Shown here in pieces: positions 11,328 to 22,293 of a DNA stretch of 64,000 nt (the stretch's first letter is position 1; each line of letters opens with the position of its first letter). Position numbers and translations under genes: made by a program. The notes below the pieces were generated by a model that did not search any database, was not told the DNA's origin, and was given only the letters and a program-made list of their open reading frames with translations. This stretch comes from Caecitellus pseudoparvulus (taxonomy: Eukaryota > Protista > Bigyra: Bicosoecida), in NCBI GenBank assembly GCA_965644315.1, contig CBFFRQ010000046.1, positions 1-64,000 on the forward strand, in the 5' to 3' direction.

Positions 11328-11575
11328 GCCAACGCGGAAATTGCTTGCACCAAGCTGGCAATGCACAGGCCCCACACACAATACAACAACAAACACGCGT
11401 GGTGGTGGATCTGTGACGGCTTCTTGCAGCAAAGCCCCTTGTTGTCGGTGCAGTTTTCTACTGTGGCGCGGTTTGTGCTGGGCTGCTGTTTGGCCCCGGG
11501 CAAGCACGTGGGGCTTGAGGGACAAACAGCAACGAGGTTGTCGGGGTGGCCTAGATTCTGCTTGTCTTCGCCGTC

Positions 11576-13175
11576 ATGTACAATGGCATTGGTCTGCGAA
11601 CTGCGCGAGGCAGTGGCACAAATGGCTATGTGACCAAGAACTTTGGCTATGTGCGCCCTGACATTGTTCGCGCAAAGACCACCCAGGCAGACCGGGACCA
11701 CGAGAGGCTTCGCACTCGTGCACACGATCCAAAGATTTTAGAGCATGAGCTGCGGCGGCAAGTCAAGGTGAAGGTCATGGAGCTACGAGAGGCCATGGAG
11801 CGCAAAGGGTAAGGATGAAATGTGAAACGCTCATGCTGCAGCAAATGCCTTGCGCTGTGACGCCAACCATGCGCGGTGACTACCCACGGTATTTCCTGTA
11901 TTATGTTGCAGAGTAGCGGAAGAATCTATCCTTTCCAAGTGTGAGGAGTTGCGCCGTCGCCTACTGCAAGAGTTGCAAGAGAACCGACAGCGTTTCACCC
12001 ATGCCACTGGCGTGGGTGCTGACAGCCGAACGGCTGCAGCAGCTTCGAAGGCGGAAGCCAACGAGAAGATGCGCAGAGCTCTCGCTGTCCCGGATGACTA
12101 CACTGCTGGCGAGGCGTTTGATGCTGATGCCGTTGCCCGGCGCAAGGAGCACAGGCGCATGCGACGTGAGCACATGCGCCGCGAAAGGGAGGGTGCCCGA
12201 AGGTGGGGCGGCCGAGACGGGCGTGGACGAGGCACAAGTCCCCCTCGCCGCCGGTGGGGCTATGATCGAGAGGACTCAAGGCGAGGGCGGCACCGATCTC
12301 GCTCGCCTTCACCTGACGGCACGTGGGGCGGTGAACGTGCACGGGGTCGGCGTGGGGCGTCCGTGTCCCGGAGTCCGCCTCGGGGTCGGCGTGGGGCGTC
12401 CGTGTCCCGGAGTCCGCCTCGGGGTCGGCGTGGGGCGTCCGTGTCCCGGAGTCCGCCTCGGGGTCGGCGTGGGGCGTCCGTGTCCCGGAGTCCACCTCGG
12501 GGTCGGCGTGGGGCGTCCGTGTCCCGGAGTCCGCCTCGGGGTCGGCGTGGGGCGTCCGTGTCCCGGAGTCCGCCTCGGGGTCGGCGTGGGGCGTCTGTGT
12601 CCCGGAGTCCGCCTCGGGGTCGGCGTGGGGCGTCTGTGTCCCGGAGTCCGCCTCGGGGTCGGCGTGGGGCGTCCGTGTCCCGGAGTCCGCCTCGGGGTCG
12701 GCGTGGGGCGTCCGTGTCCCGGAGTCCCCCTCGGGGTCGGCGTGGGGCGTCCGTGTCCCGGAGTCCGCCTCGGGGTCGGCGTGGGGCGTCTGTGTCCCGG
12801 AGTCCGCCTCGGGGTCGGCATGGGGCGTCCGTGTCCCGGAGTCCACCTCGGGGTCGGCGTGGGGCGTCCGTGTCCCGGAGTCCGCCTCGGGGTCGGCGTG
12901 GGGCGTCCGTGTCCCGGAGTCCACCTCGGGGTCGGCGTGGGGCGTCCGTGTCCCGGAGTCCGCCTCGGGGTCGGCGTGGGGCGTCCGTGTCCCGGAGTCC
13001 ACCTCGGGGTCGGCGTAGTCGCTGGGGGGGTGAGCAGGCTGTCGCGCCTGCAGCGTCTTCACGCCCCGCGCCTGCGCTTCGAGGCGTTAGTTCGGCGCAG
13101 GCTGCAGCTGCTCAGCGTGGGGCAGGGCGTGGCAGGGCTGCGACAGTGCCTGCCTGGGCGGTCAAGGGCAGGTAG
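11576..13175 (+). CDS. CWC21: Pre-mRNA splicing factor CWC21 / SRRM2-like; intron 11809-11911
   Basis: Hallmark N-terminus MYNGIGLRTARGSGTNGYV, cwf21 helix ILEHELRRQVKVKVMELRE, GEAFD motif and RS-rich tail. A 103-nt GT-AG intron joins the two ORFs in frame. Confidence 0.93.
12342..13016 (+). repeat. Coding minisatellite: 17 full copies plus a partial copy of a 39-bp unit encoding RGRRGASVSRSPP
   Basis: Unit cggggtcggcgtggggcgtccgtgtcccggagtccgcct recurs every 39 nt from 12342 (18th start at 13005) with no spacers. Confidence 0.97.
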
Positions 13176-13191
13176 CGACAGGCGGGTGAAT

Positions 13192-14508
13192 TCAACACTT
13201 CAAGGAAGTGGCACTGTAGAATGACACGCAGTTCAGCACAGCCGTCGTGGTCAGGGCCGGCTGCGTGGGGCGAGGCAGCCCTCTGGGCAGCAGGCTGAGC
13301 ACTGCCGGGCGCCTGATGTCCGCAACGCGCACAGTCCACTGCACCTCAGCAGGACGCAGGGCCGGCAAGCTCTTGTTCTGTTGGCGCTTGCGACAAGGGC
13401 GCCCCGCAGTCAGCTGCAACACTTGCCCGCCCCCCGTCTGCAGCATGTGCATGAGGGCTTGTGCGCTGCCCTTGGGCCGCAGCTCCAACGGGTCCACCAA
13501 GAAACACACGCCGTGGAACAGCCGCGGCGCGGGGCTTCCCCCTGCCAATGCCAAGCGGGACGTGCGGGCCGCGCCACGAGCGACATGGTCCCCCCGCACT
13601 TCGTACGCAGCTTCGGGCAGCAGCTTGCCTGCAGCCAGACTGTCGTGGATCCAGGCAGCTGTCAACACCCAGGCTCCTGACAGCACGCCGCAGCAGTACT
13701 TGATCGTGCGGCGAGCCGTGAAGGGGTCCCCAGCGGAGGCTGAGCTGGAGGCAGAGGCGCTGGCAGATGTCACTGTGTGTGCATGAGACCCCACCACGAC
13801 ATGGGTAGCGGCAGGGGGGCGAGAACCCGCACACTGTATGAGGCGGGGTGCGACGAGCTGTTGCAGCTGAGACAGCGCTGCAACGTCGGTTTTGTTCAGA
13901 GCGGAGGCAAGGAGGAACACCTTGGGCTCAGGCACTGGGGACACCAAGGGTGATGCAGGCGGTAGACTGGAGCTGTCCGGGCTCCCCGTGCAGCTGGCAG
14001 CAGCAGCCTCAGGAGGTGTGCAGGCGTGAGCTGCAGGCGGGCCAGGGTGGCAGGTGTGTTGCGGGGAGTCAGTCCCCGCAGCTACATGCACCTTCCGCAG
14101 CAGTGAGAGAACATGGCGAACTCCAGCGACGGCGTTCACCATGGAGGGCTGCGGTGCAGCGTCCTGGCGCCACGCTAGAGCCTTGCAGGTGGGGCACCCG
14201 CCGTGCTTGGCCAGGCCAGCCTCGACACACGGCCTGCACAGCGCACCTCGCTGCAGTGAGAAGAGTGTCGGCAGGCAGAGAGCGAAATCACTCACTTGCA
14301 AAAGGTGTGCCCGCAGGGCAGGGAGTGAGGGCTGTCATCCAGCCAAGACCGGCTGTGGCGAGTGGGCACATGGAGCGTGGAAGCACTTCGCCAGCAACTG
14401 CGTGGCGGGGCCTACACACCACATGGGGCACTTGCACACATCGTACAGCTGTGCCAGGCGTTTCCCTCCAGTATCTTGCTGTGACAGGGCGGCCAGCGTT
14501 CCCTCCAT
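13192..14508 (-). CDS. BRCA1/BARD1-like RING + tandem BRCT protein; introns 14353-14419 and 14234-14295
   Basis: Splicing rebuilds a C3HC4 RING: CPMC..LPCGHTFCKPC..CPTC. BRCT motifs ATHVVV, RTIKYCCGVLSGAWVLTAAWI, YEV, PRLFHG, GGGQVL. Confidence 0.85.
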
Positions 14509-14729
14509 GGTCTTGTGGGGCACGCAGGAGGGGAGGGCAAGCAATATGCTGGCGTTTGCTGCGAAACGCCAGGCAGACCAAGCTGCGCTGCGCTCAGGGC
14601 TGGTGGAGCTGGCTTGCCAGGGCAAGAGCCGGTATGCAAACGTTATCTTGTTTGAGAGACGTGGGGATTTTTATTAACGGTGAGGAGGCGCGTTGTCTGC
14701 ATTGTGCACGCCACGACAGGGGCAGGTCA

Positions 14730-17375
14730 CTACTCTCCACCCAGATGCAGGCTAATGACGTCCTCTGCTGAAAAGGACGTGTTGCACATGGGGCAGCGGC
14801 GCAGGCGGTCTTTCATGCGCTGCTCAATGGCTTCCTTGCTCAGTGCGTGCCCACACTTCCTGAGCACGGCAGACTTGAAGGCGGTGGGCTGCACAGGGCA
14901 CATGAGCATGCTCTGCAGGAATTTGAGCTTGCGCCGTGTGTCTTTGTCCGCTGGCTTGCTGCCTGCGGCAGCATCCGTTTTCACTTGGCCCGAGAACTGT
15001 GCCAGCTTCCCCTCCAGCACTGTCGCGCGCGTGATAGCGTCGGTCAGTCGCTGCTCCGCCTCCGCCTTGGCGGCGTGCGCCTGCTCCAGCAAGCCCCGAA
15101 ACTCAGCCACCTTCTCCGCCCTGGCATCTCGCTGGGCTGTGAGGCTGCGCAGCACCTCGTCCCTGCTCACGAAGGCGTCGGAGCCAGGGCTGGCTGTGGC
15201 CCACGAGTGGATGGCTGAGAACCGCGCCGCTTCAGCCGCTGCCGTCGCCTCCGCCAACTGGCTGTCAAGCAAGGCGCCTTGCTGCTGGGAAGCGGCCAAA
15301 GCTTTGCGAAGCTCCTGCGCTGCGCCCTCGGCCGCCTGCGCCGCCCCCTGGTGCCTGCTGGCCTCCGCCTTGGCGTCTGCCAGCTCCGCTCGGGCCTCCG
15401 CCAGCTTGCCCGTGAAGTCCCGCAGCACATCATCCTTGGCTTGCAGCTGCGCCAGCGTGCCGTCCACTTGCCCCTCCAGCTCCTCATACGCCTCGCTCAG
15501 CTCGTCCACCGTCTCTGTCGCTGCATCCCGCTCTTGCTGTGCCGACGCCAGGGTTGCCTGCAGGGCTGTGAACGCTGTCGCCATCTTTTCTCGCTCGGCC
15601 CGGTGCCCTGTCGCCTCTGCGCGCGCAGCGCCCAGCTTGGCGTCCAGCGCGGCCATCTCGGCTTCCTGCGCGCCAGCTGCAGCAGAGCCCCGCGCTGCCT
15701 GTCGCTGGGCGGCCTTCAACTCCTCAATGGTGTTGTCGCGCTCACTCAACAACTGCGTCAGCTTGGACACCTTGCCCTCCAGCACTTGCACGAATTGTGC
15801 CACGCTGGCGCTGGTGGTGCCGGCACGCTCCTTCCACTCCCCTCGCCACCGACGAATATCGCCCGCTTGCCGCTCCAGCTTCTCCTGCTGGGCCTTCACC
15901 GTCACTTCTGCCTGCTGCAGGCGCTGGGTGTGGGTTTGGGCGATGGCGCACTGGCGCTTGGCAGCCGCCTCTGCCTCTCGTGCCTGCTGCAGCTGCTGCG
16001 TCAGCTCCCGTGCCTGCGCAGCGCTCTGTGCCGTCACAGTCTGCACAGCCTGCGGCACAGCAGCACGAGCAGCTGCCACCGCTTCCATAGCGGCCTGTGA
16101 CGCTTTGCGTTGCTCTGCCAGCTCAGCGGCCAGCACGTCCCGCTGCTGCGTCACCTGTGCCAGCTGAAGGAGGACTTTGCTGTGTTCGGGGTGGGCCTGC
16201 ACGGCGGACACAGACACGGGCTGATCCACCATGCCCGCCAGCTGCCCTTGCAGGGCCTGGATCGTCTCCCCCTGACGCTGCAGCTGTTCCTTGTTCTCCT
16301 TCATCACGGTCTGAAACGCATCACGCTCCGCCCGCACCTCCTCCAGCTCCTCCCGCAGCTCGTCAGAGGGGCGGGCCTCCGTCGTCGCAACCGAGGCTGC
16401 TGCAGCCCCAGCGCCGACAGCAGGTCCTGCAGAGGGCGGTGCTTGCGCTGCCTGGGGCGCCGCCACGGCCGGGCTGGCGTCAGGGTTGTCGTACTGGAAG
16501 CGGGCCAAGTCTCGCTGTGCCACCCTGCTCACCTCCCGCGCCTCCGCCAACTCCTCACGACAGGCAGCTTCAGAGGCTCGCAGAGCGGCAGCTTCCTGCT
16601 GCAGCTGCACCACCTTGCCAGACACATCCACGGCTTGCAAGGCGGATGCCTCTGACCAGCCAGTGGCGCCGCGGGCCAGCGCTTGCAGCAACGTGTGCAG
16701 GCCGGTCATGGTCACCTTGAGCTGCTCCTTGGCTGCTTCGGGCACGCTCTGCACCTGCCCCCCGCGGCTCCAGGCAGCTTGCAGCAGGGCTGTCATGGGG
16801 GAGCAGTCTGTGGCGGGGACATTGTTACTGCTTGCAGCCATGGCGGCCTTGAAGGCAGCCTCCACTGAAGCCTGTGCCTCCGGCCCGACAGCCGCGCCAA
16901 GGCCGCCGACGGCAGTTGTGATGTGGGTCTGGAACTGCACAGGAAGTGTAACGTGGGTGTGATGTGGTGCGCATCTGCGCACCCATGTGGTGCCTCCTGA
17001 GGAGGGCGTGGCCGCCGTACCTGTGTGAACATGTGGTGCAGTGCAGCAAGAGATGCCTCTGAGCTTTCCAAGTGCCGTTTGGATCGCTTGCACTCCCGTT
17101 GCAGGCGCTGGATGTCTCGCTTGAAGCGAAACATCTGCGTTTGCAGAGCTCTGTGCTTGGCCTTGAGCATGAAGGGCATTTCCTGCGAAGCGAGGCCGGA
17201 CGCAGACGAGTGTGGGTTGTGATGCCTAGTTCCGCTTCAGCCCTCGCACCTCAGACATGCTGCTGGAGGAGGCCAGTGCACCATCACTCGCTGCGCGCTT
17301 CAGAACTGGCCCGGCAGGCGCCTGGGGGCTGGGGGCCACAGAGCGCCTCCGCTTCTTAGGGTGTGCCGCCTCCAT
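14730..17375 (-). CDS. BRE1: BRE1-like histone H2B E3 ubiquitin ligase (long coiled coil + C-terminal degenerate RING), multi-exon
   Basis: ATG 17375 (MEAAHPKKRRR NLS), exon LKAKHRALQTQMFRFKRDI, ~600-aa coiled coil, C-terminus LMCPVQPTAFKSAVLRKCGHALSKEAIEQRMKDRLRRCPMCNTSFSAEDV, matching the Bre1 RxRxCPxC..F..D tail. Confidence 0.78.
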
Positions 17376-17680
17376 GTCCGACGTAGCGGGCCGCTGGCTT
17401 TGTCTTCGCCGGTCGCTGTGAACAAAGCTCGCGAACACTCCTGGAGCAGCAGCACACAGCACACTCTCGCCCCAGTCACACATCCGCCACCTCCGAGTGA
17501 CTCCGTGAGGCCGACAGTGCCACGTCCAGGGGGTTTTGCAGCGATCTTGCCAAAGTAGCTGTACCGCCTGCCTCAGTGCTCCAACACCTGCGCACTCGGG
17601 ACCCAGCCAGCTGGACCCTCCAAGCGGGTGCACCCTGCGACTCTGCACCTGATTCCCTCCTTTCTGTGCCTGACACCAGG

Positions 17681-19546
17681 ATGCAGGCTCAGCTTCGGCG
17701 TGTGGCTGCGGTCTTGTCCCGCACAGCAGCCAGCGGAAATTGGTCCCACGCCAGGCATATTTCAAGCGGCACCACTGGTGGCTTGCGGTGGACCAACGCC
17801 AACAGCAGCGAAAGCGGCATTGTATTTCACACTGGCGGCTCCAACAGCTGCTCTGTGACCCTCCTCGGCACTTCTGCTGGCGCACCCAGCACATCTCGGT
17901 GCAGCAGTGGCTGCCTGGTGCAGCTTCCGGACACTTCGCTGCTGTTCGACGCTGGGGACGGCACGCAGCAGCGCCTGATGCAAGCTGCCGCGACGACAGC
18001 ATTGTCGCTGTCAGCGGTGTTCATCAGCCACCTGCACGGGGACCACGTGCTGGGCCTGCCAGCCTTCATCACAGGCGCCCTGAACCCGTACGGCAACGGC
18101 CCTGGGAGCGGGGCAGCAGGGCGAGGCAAGGCCACCCCCTCCTTGCTCATCGTCGGTCCCCCGGGCCTGCACCGCCTGATCAAGGAGGGCTTCCAGCACT
18201 ACTCCAAGCACGTGCGCAACCGGGTGCAGCTGCGTGTGCGGGAGATCCTGGCGCCAGGAGACCGCCCCAGCGTCTCCCACTCTGGGTTCGGTACCCGGGC
18301 GCCAGTGCAGGTGACTGAGGGCGGCACGTTGGTGCATGAGACGGACAGCCACACCGTCACCGCTGTGCCCACCCTGCACACTGTGCCGTCCTATGCGTAT
18401 GTGCTGCAGGAGAAACCTCGGCGTGGCAGGCTGGATGTGGCCGCCTGTGCCCGGCTGGGGGTGCAGCAGCCCCAAGACTTCGCTGCGCTGGCTGCAGGCA
18501 AGAGCGTGGTGGGCAAAGGCGGAGTGGCGGTGGCGCCAGAGCAGGTGCTGGGTCCGCCCACGCCGGGGCGCAAGATTGTCATCATGGGAGACACAACGTA
18601 CTGCCCGGGCATGGTGCCACACGCCAAAGACGCCGACTTGCTCGTGCATGAGTGCACGGTGCTGGGGAGTTCCAAGGCACAGGAGGCTGCCGCAGCTCGG
18701 GCTGGCCACAGCGCCTCCCCCCACGTAGTGCGTTTCTTGCAGGAAACGGCTCCTCGCAGCACGCTGCTGACGCATTTTGGCGGGTCTCCCGAGACGCATG
18801 GTGCTGCCGCTGCGAGCATGGGTCACTTGGGCTTGCAGGAGGCGGCCACCATGCAGATGCTGCTGGCTGGGCGGCCGCAGGAGGACATTCGGGCCTTCAT
18901 CAAGGATGTCGTGACCCCGCTCCGCACATACAGCCTGGCCGCACCGCTGGGCCGCGAGATGGGTGGGTCACCGCTGCCAGACTCCATGCCGCCATCGGCA
19001 CATGCCCTGCTGCAGAGCTGTCAGGGGTACTCTGGACAGGTGGGCTGGCTGCACCATGTGGCGGCAGCGTGGCACAGCTGTGCAGAGGCGCGTGCGGCAC
19101 TGGCTGCCCCCCTACCCCCCCCCCCGTCTGCACGGAGGGGGGGGGCAGGGGCCTTACCGTGGGAGCAGCCCCCCCCCTCCACCAAGCGTGAGGGGGGGGG
19201 CAGTGACCCTGGCACATCACTTGGCTGGGCGGCACATGGGGGGTGCGAGTGGAGTGCGTTGGCGTGCGAGGCTGCACCTCGCGCCCCCACCGCCGCCACC
19301 ATCCCCACCCTCTCCCAAGCCACACAGCGCACCTTCGAAGGGCCGGGTGAGTGGAGCATCACCAGTGGCGGGTGGGTCAGCACTGCCCCTAGTTGCCCCC
19401 CCGTGTGGGACGTGTCTTCCATGGGCTCCCTGGCTGAGTTCGTGGCGAAAGTCTCGGGAGTGGAGCGGGTACTAGCTGGGCGTGACTTCATGCGGGTGAT
19501 GGTGCCCCCCCCCCCCACGGCGAAGGAAGGGGGGGGTGCGCGGTGA
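17681..19546 (+). CDS. Ribonuclease Z, short form (ELAC1/Rnz-like), probable organellar targeting peptide
   Basis: LLGTSAGAP, LLFDAGDGTQ, SHLHGDH, HTVPSYAY, exosite arm, GDT, LVHEC, GHS, LTHF. Arg/Ala/Ser-rich N-terminus MQAQLRRVAAVL. Confidence 0.9.
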   Translation: MQAQLRRVAAVLSRTAASGNWSHARHISSGTTGGLRWTNANSSESGIVFHTGGSNSCSVTLLGTSAGAPSTSRCSSGCLVQLPDTSLLFDAGDGTQQRLMQAAATTALSLSAVFISHLHGDHVLGLPAFITGALNPYGNGPGSGAAGRGKATPSLLIVGPPGLHRLIKEGFQHYSKHVRNRVQLRVREILAPGDRPSVSHSGFGTRAPVQVTEGGTLVHETDSHTVTAVPTLHTVPSYAYVLQEKPRRGRLDVAACARLGVQQPQDFAALAAGKSVVGKGGVAVAPEQVLGPPTPGRKIVIMGDTTYCPGMVPHAKDADLLVHECTVLGSSKAQEAAAARAGHSASPHVVRFLQETAPRSTLLTHFGGSPETHGAAAASMGHLGLQEAATMQMLLAGRPQEDIRAFIKDVVTPLRTYSLAAPLGREMGGSPLPDSMPPSAHALLQSCQGYSGQVGWLHHVAAAWHSCAEARAALAAPLPPPPSARRGGAGALPWEQPPPSTKREGGGSDPGTSLGWAAHGGCEWSALACEAAPRAPTAATIPTLSQATQRTFEGPGEWSITSGGWVSTAPSCPPVWDVSSMGSLAEFVAKVSGVERVLAGRDFMRVMVPPPPTAKEGGGAR

Positions 19547-19587
19547 CTGCACCTGTGCATTGTCGGGGCACACGTGCCCTGCCCCCC

Positions 19588-20682
19588 TCATCGCCCCCTG
19601 CCCACGAGGATGTCCACGATAGTGTCATAACTGCTCAGCGTGATGCTCTGCCCGAACACCACCCGCGGCAGACGCGGCGCCATGCCCTTCCAGAATGCAA
19701 ACAGGCCCTCCTCAGCGAAGACCTTCTGCACGCAGTGCAGCGTGCTGCGGTACTGCGCCGCCTCCAGCCCCTGCATGCGTGTTTTCACCATGTCGAAAGG
19801 CATAGTGGCCAGCACGCTCACCAAGCCCGCTGTGCCGCCTGACAAGAACTTGCCCCAGAACGCCATGGGCGCGCCGTCGCCGGACGCGAAGGCCTTCTTG
19901 ATTTCCTCAAACACCAGGAAACGCACGCCCTGGTTGCCCATCTGCTTGGCCATGGTGGGTGTCCAACCCTTGTAAATGCCGCCCAAGCCTTCCTCCGCCC
20001 CGATCACGCGAGCGGCGTGGATCAGTCCGCGGTACTTGGGCTTGGCACTGTTCTGGTCATGGATCAGTCGAGTCTTCAGTGTCTCTGTGGCGGCGCGTCG
20101 CGGCGCGCGGTGAGCAGGGGGGGGGGGCGGGTGTGGGCCTCCGCACCAGCGAAGGTGCCAGGGAAGGTGCCCGGCCGTTGTTCTGAGAAGGCCGCCGCAG
20201 CTGCAGGGGGGTGGCACAGCACGCACCGACAGGCGTCACGACCAGGGAGGCCTCCACTGCGCCAGTGGCCATGCCAGCAGCCAGCGTGCGCAGCGCCGAC
20301 AGCTTGCCTTGCTCATCCTGCGAAGGCAGACCAGGAAGGTGCACTTGGCCGCCAGCCACACGTGAGCCAGTCGCGGCGGGGTGCTCACCCGGAAGGCGTT
20401 CTTCAGGAACCCGAAGGCGGTGAAACGCAGGGCTGTCTTGGGGACAGTGCCCAGCAGCAAGGACGTCAAGCCTCGGTACAACGCCAGTGGCCCGCGTTCA
20501 GCAACAATGGTCTTCGCACAGTGCCAAGAGTTGCGGTACTTCATCACGCCCGCCTCCGCCTTCTGCAGCTGCATCTGAGTTTTCACATACTCTGTGGGGT
20601 ACATAATAGTCACTTCCATGGCCCCTGCCAGGCCACCCGCTGTGCAGTGCACCAGGGAGCTCACACCCTCCCGCTTCGGCAT
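19588..20682 (-). CDS. SLC25A1: Mitochondrial tricarboxylate (citrate) carrier, SLC25 family, with 2 introns
   Basis: Three carrier repeats: YPTEYVKTQMQL, VVTP|ETLKTRLIHD, MPFDMVKTRMQG. PKTALRF and KQMGNQGVRF are typical of CTP1. Confidence 0.88.
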
Positions 20683-20859
20683 GTTGCCTGCGTTTCAGGG
20701 GCGTTTCGGCTCAACCACACGCGCCCGGCGGCCCAAAACAGATCTGACGCACGAAAGCTCGCTTGGGGGTTCGTGTGTGGGAGCTCGCGCAGGAGTGCAG
20801 TGAGACGTGCCGAGGCTTGTGCTGGTTTGGTCAAGTGGAGCAACTGCCCGCACTCCGCC

Positions 20860-22099
20860 ATGGGCCGACGCAAGCGAGCAGCGAAGAAGGTCATCTTTTG
20901 CTACTACTGCGATCGAACCTTCAACGATGAGGCGTCCCTCATTGAGCACCAGAAGTCCAAGCACTTTCGCTGTGAGTTGCAGGCCGACGCGGGCTCTTTC
21001 AATTTCCGCAACACGGACACCTGGCTGCGCGGCCCCTCCCAGGCCCAAACTGCAACAAGAAGCTAAACGCTGCGGGTGCCCTCTATGTGCACTGTGAACA
21101 GTCCCACAAGTCACAGCTCTCAAAGTGCGTCTGCAGCCGTCCCCGTGCGTGCGTGCACCACACATGCACCCATCGCCTGCCTGCAGAGTGCCTGGCGCCG
21201 TGGAGGGCCGTGACACCTTCGACGTGGAAGTCTTCGGCATGCTGCATGTGCCTGAGCAGGCCATCCGGGACTTCATGCAGACACATGGCATGGGCGACCA
21301 GCTCCCGGAGCCCAAGCGCCCTCGAGCAGTGGCCGCTGCGCCAACGCACGGAGCACCCCACGCGGCTGGATATGGCTTGCCTGCCGTGCTGCCGTATGGC
21401 GCCCAGGCACCTCAGCCACAGGCTGGCATGCCCTCCCATGCCATGCCATACTGCTGTGGTGGCATGCCACCACAGCAGTATGGCATGCCACCACAGCAGT
21501 ATGGCATGCCGCCTCCTCAGTACGGCATGCCACCACAGCAGTATGGCATGCCGCCTCAGTACGGTATGCCAGCACAGCAGTATGGCATGCCGCCTCAACA
21601 CTACGGCATGCCACCACAGCAGTATGGCATGCCGCCTCAGTACGGTATGCCACCACAGCAGCACGGCATGCCACCAGCCTCTGTAGGCGGCGCCGCACCC
21701 ACCATGCCGCCCAGTTCAAGCGCCACGCCCACTCCACCCACTTCGTCAGCAAGCGCCCCAGCAAGTGCTCCCATGGCAACACCACAGGCCACTGCGCCAG
21801 CACAACCACTAGCTCCAGTCCCAGCTCCAGTCCCAGCTCCAGCACCAGCTCCAGTCCCAGCTCCAGCACCAGCTGGGGAGTGGCAGCCACCCGAGGGCGT
21901 GCCGACCCTCCGGGCAGCTGACTTTGGGGAGCATGCGGTGCAGGTGGACAAGGAGATTCTGGTGTACGGAGACGGCTTGCTGTCGCCTGAAGAGCGGCGA
22001 GCAGCCGCTCGGCAGGGGCAGGGGGCGGCGGCAGCGCTGCAGACGATGGAGGGCAGTTTGGCGGGGCGGCTCGAGAAGGTGCTGGGATCCCAGGGCTGA
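20860..22099 (+). CDS. ZNF207: ZNF207/BuGZ/SUF4-like zinc-finger protein; introns 20972-21042 and 21125-21186
   Basis: MGRRK..FCYYCDRTFNDEASLIEHQKSKHFRC|PNCNKKL..LYVHCEQSHK|VPGAVEGRD..VEVFGM; C-terminal LVYGDGLLSPEERRA (GLEBS-like). Confidence 0.92.
21460..21675 (+). repeat. Coding low-complexity (Q)YGMPPQ repeats, about 9-10 imperfect units
   Basis: Repeated ggcatgccaccacagcagtat / ggcatgccgcctcagtac units in the ZNF207 frame. Confidence 0.85.
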
Positions 22100-22293
22100 A
22101 TTGTCGCGCCACCTGTCCGCTGCCAATGCATTGGGAGGCTGCCTCGCCGTCCACTGGGGCTGCAGGCTGGGGCCTGGCAGGCTGCCACGTGCATGCATGT
22201 GCTTGGCGCGGCCCGCACATCGGCCATGAGAATCGACCCTCACCCCAATAGCCTGTGAACGCTGTGCAAGCGTATTGAGACTGAGGTATGCGC

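Noticed and set aside
12342-13016. CRISPR-like array, or real genes in the alternative and antisense frames (11941..13224, 11995..13062, 12309..12821)
   Set aside because: Units are contiguous with no unique spacers; variation is synonymous mainly in the CWC21 frame; other frames are open only because the 39-bp unit has no stops.
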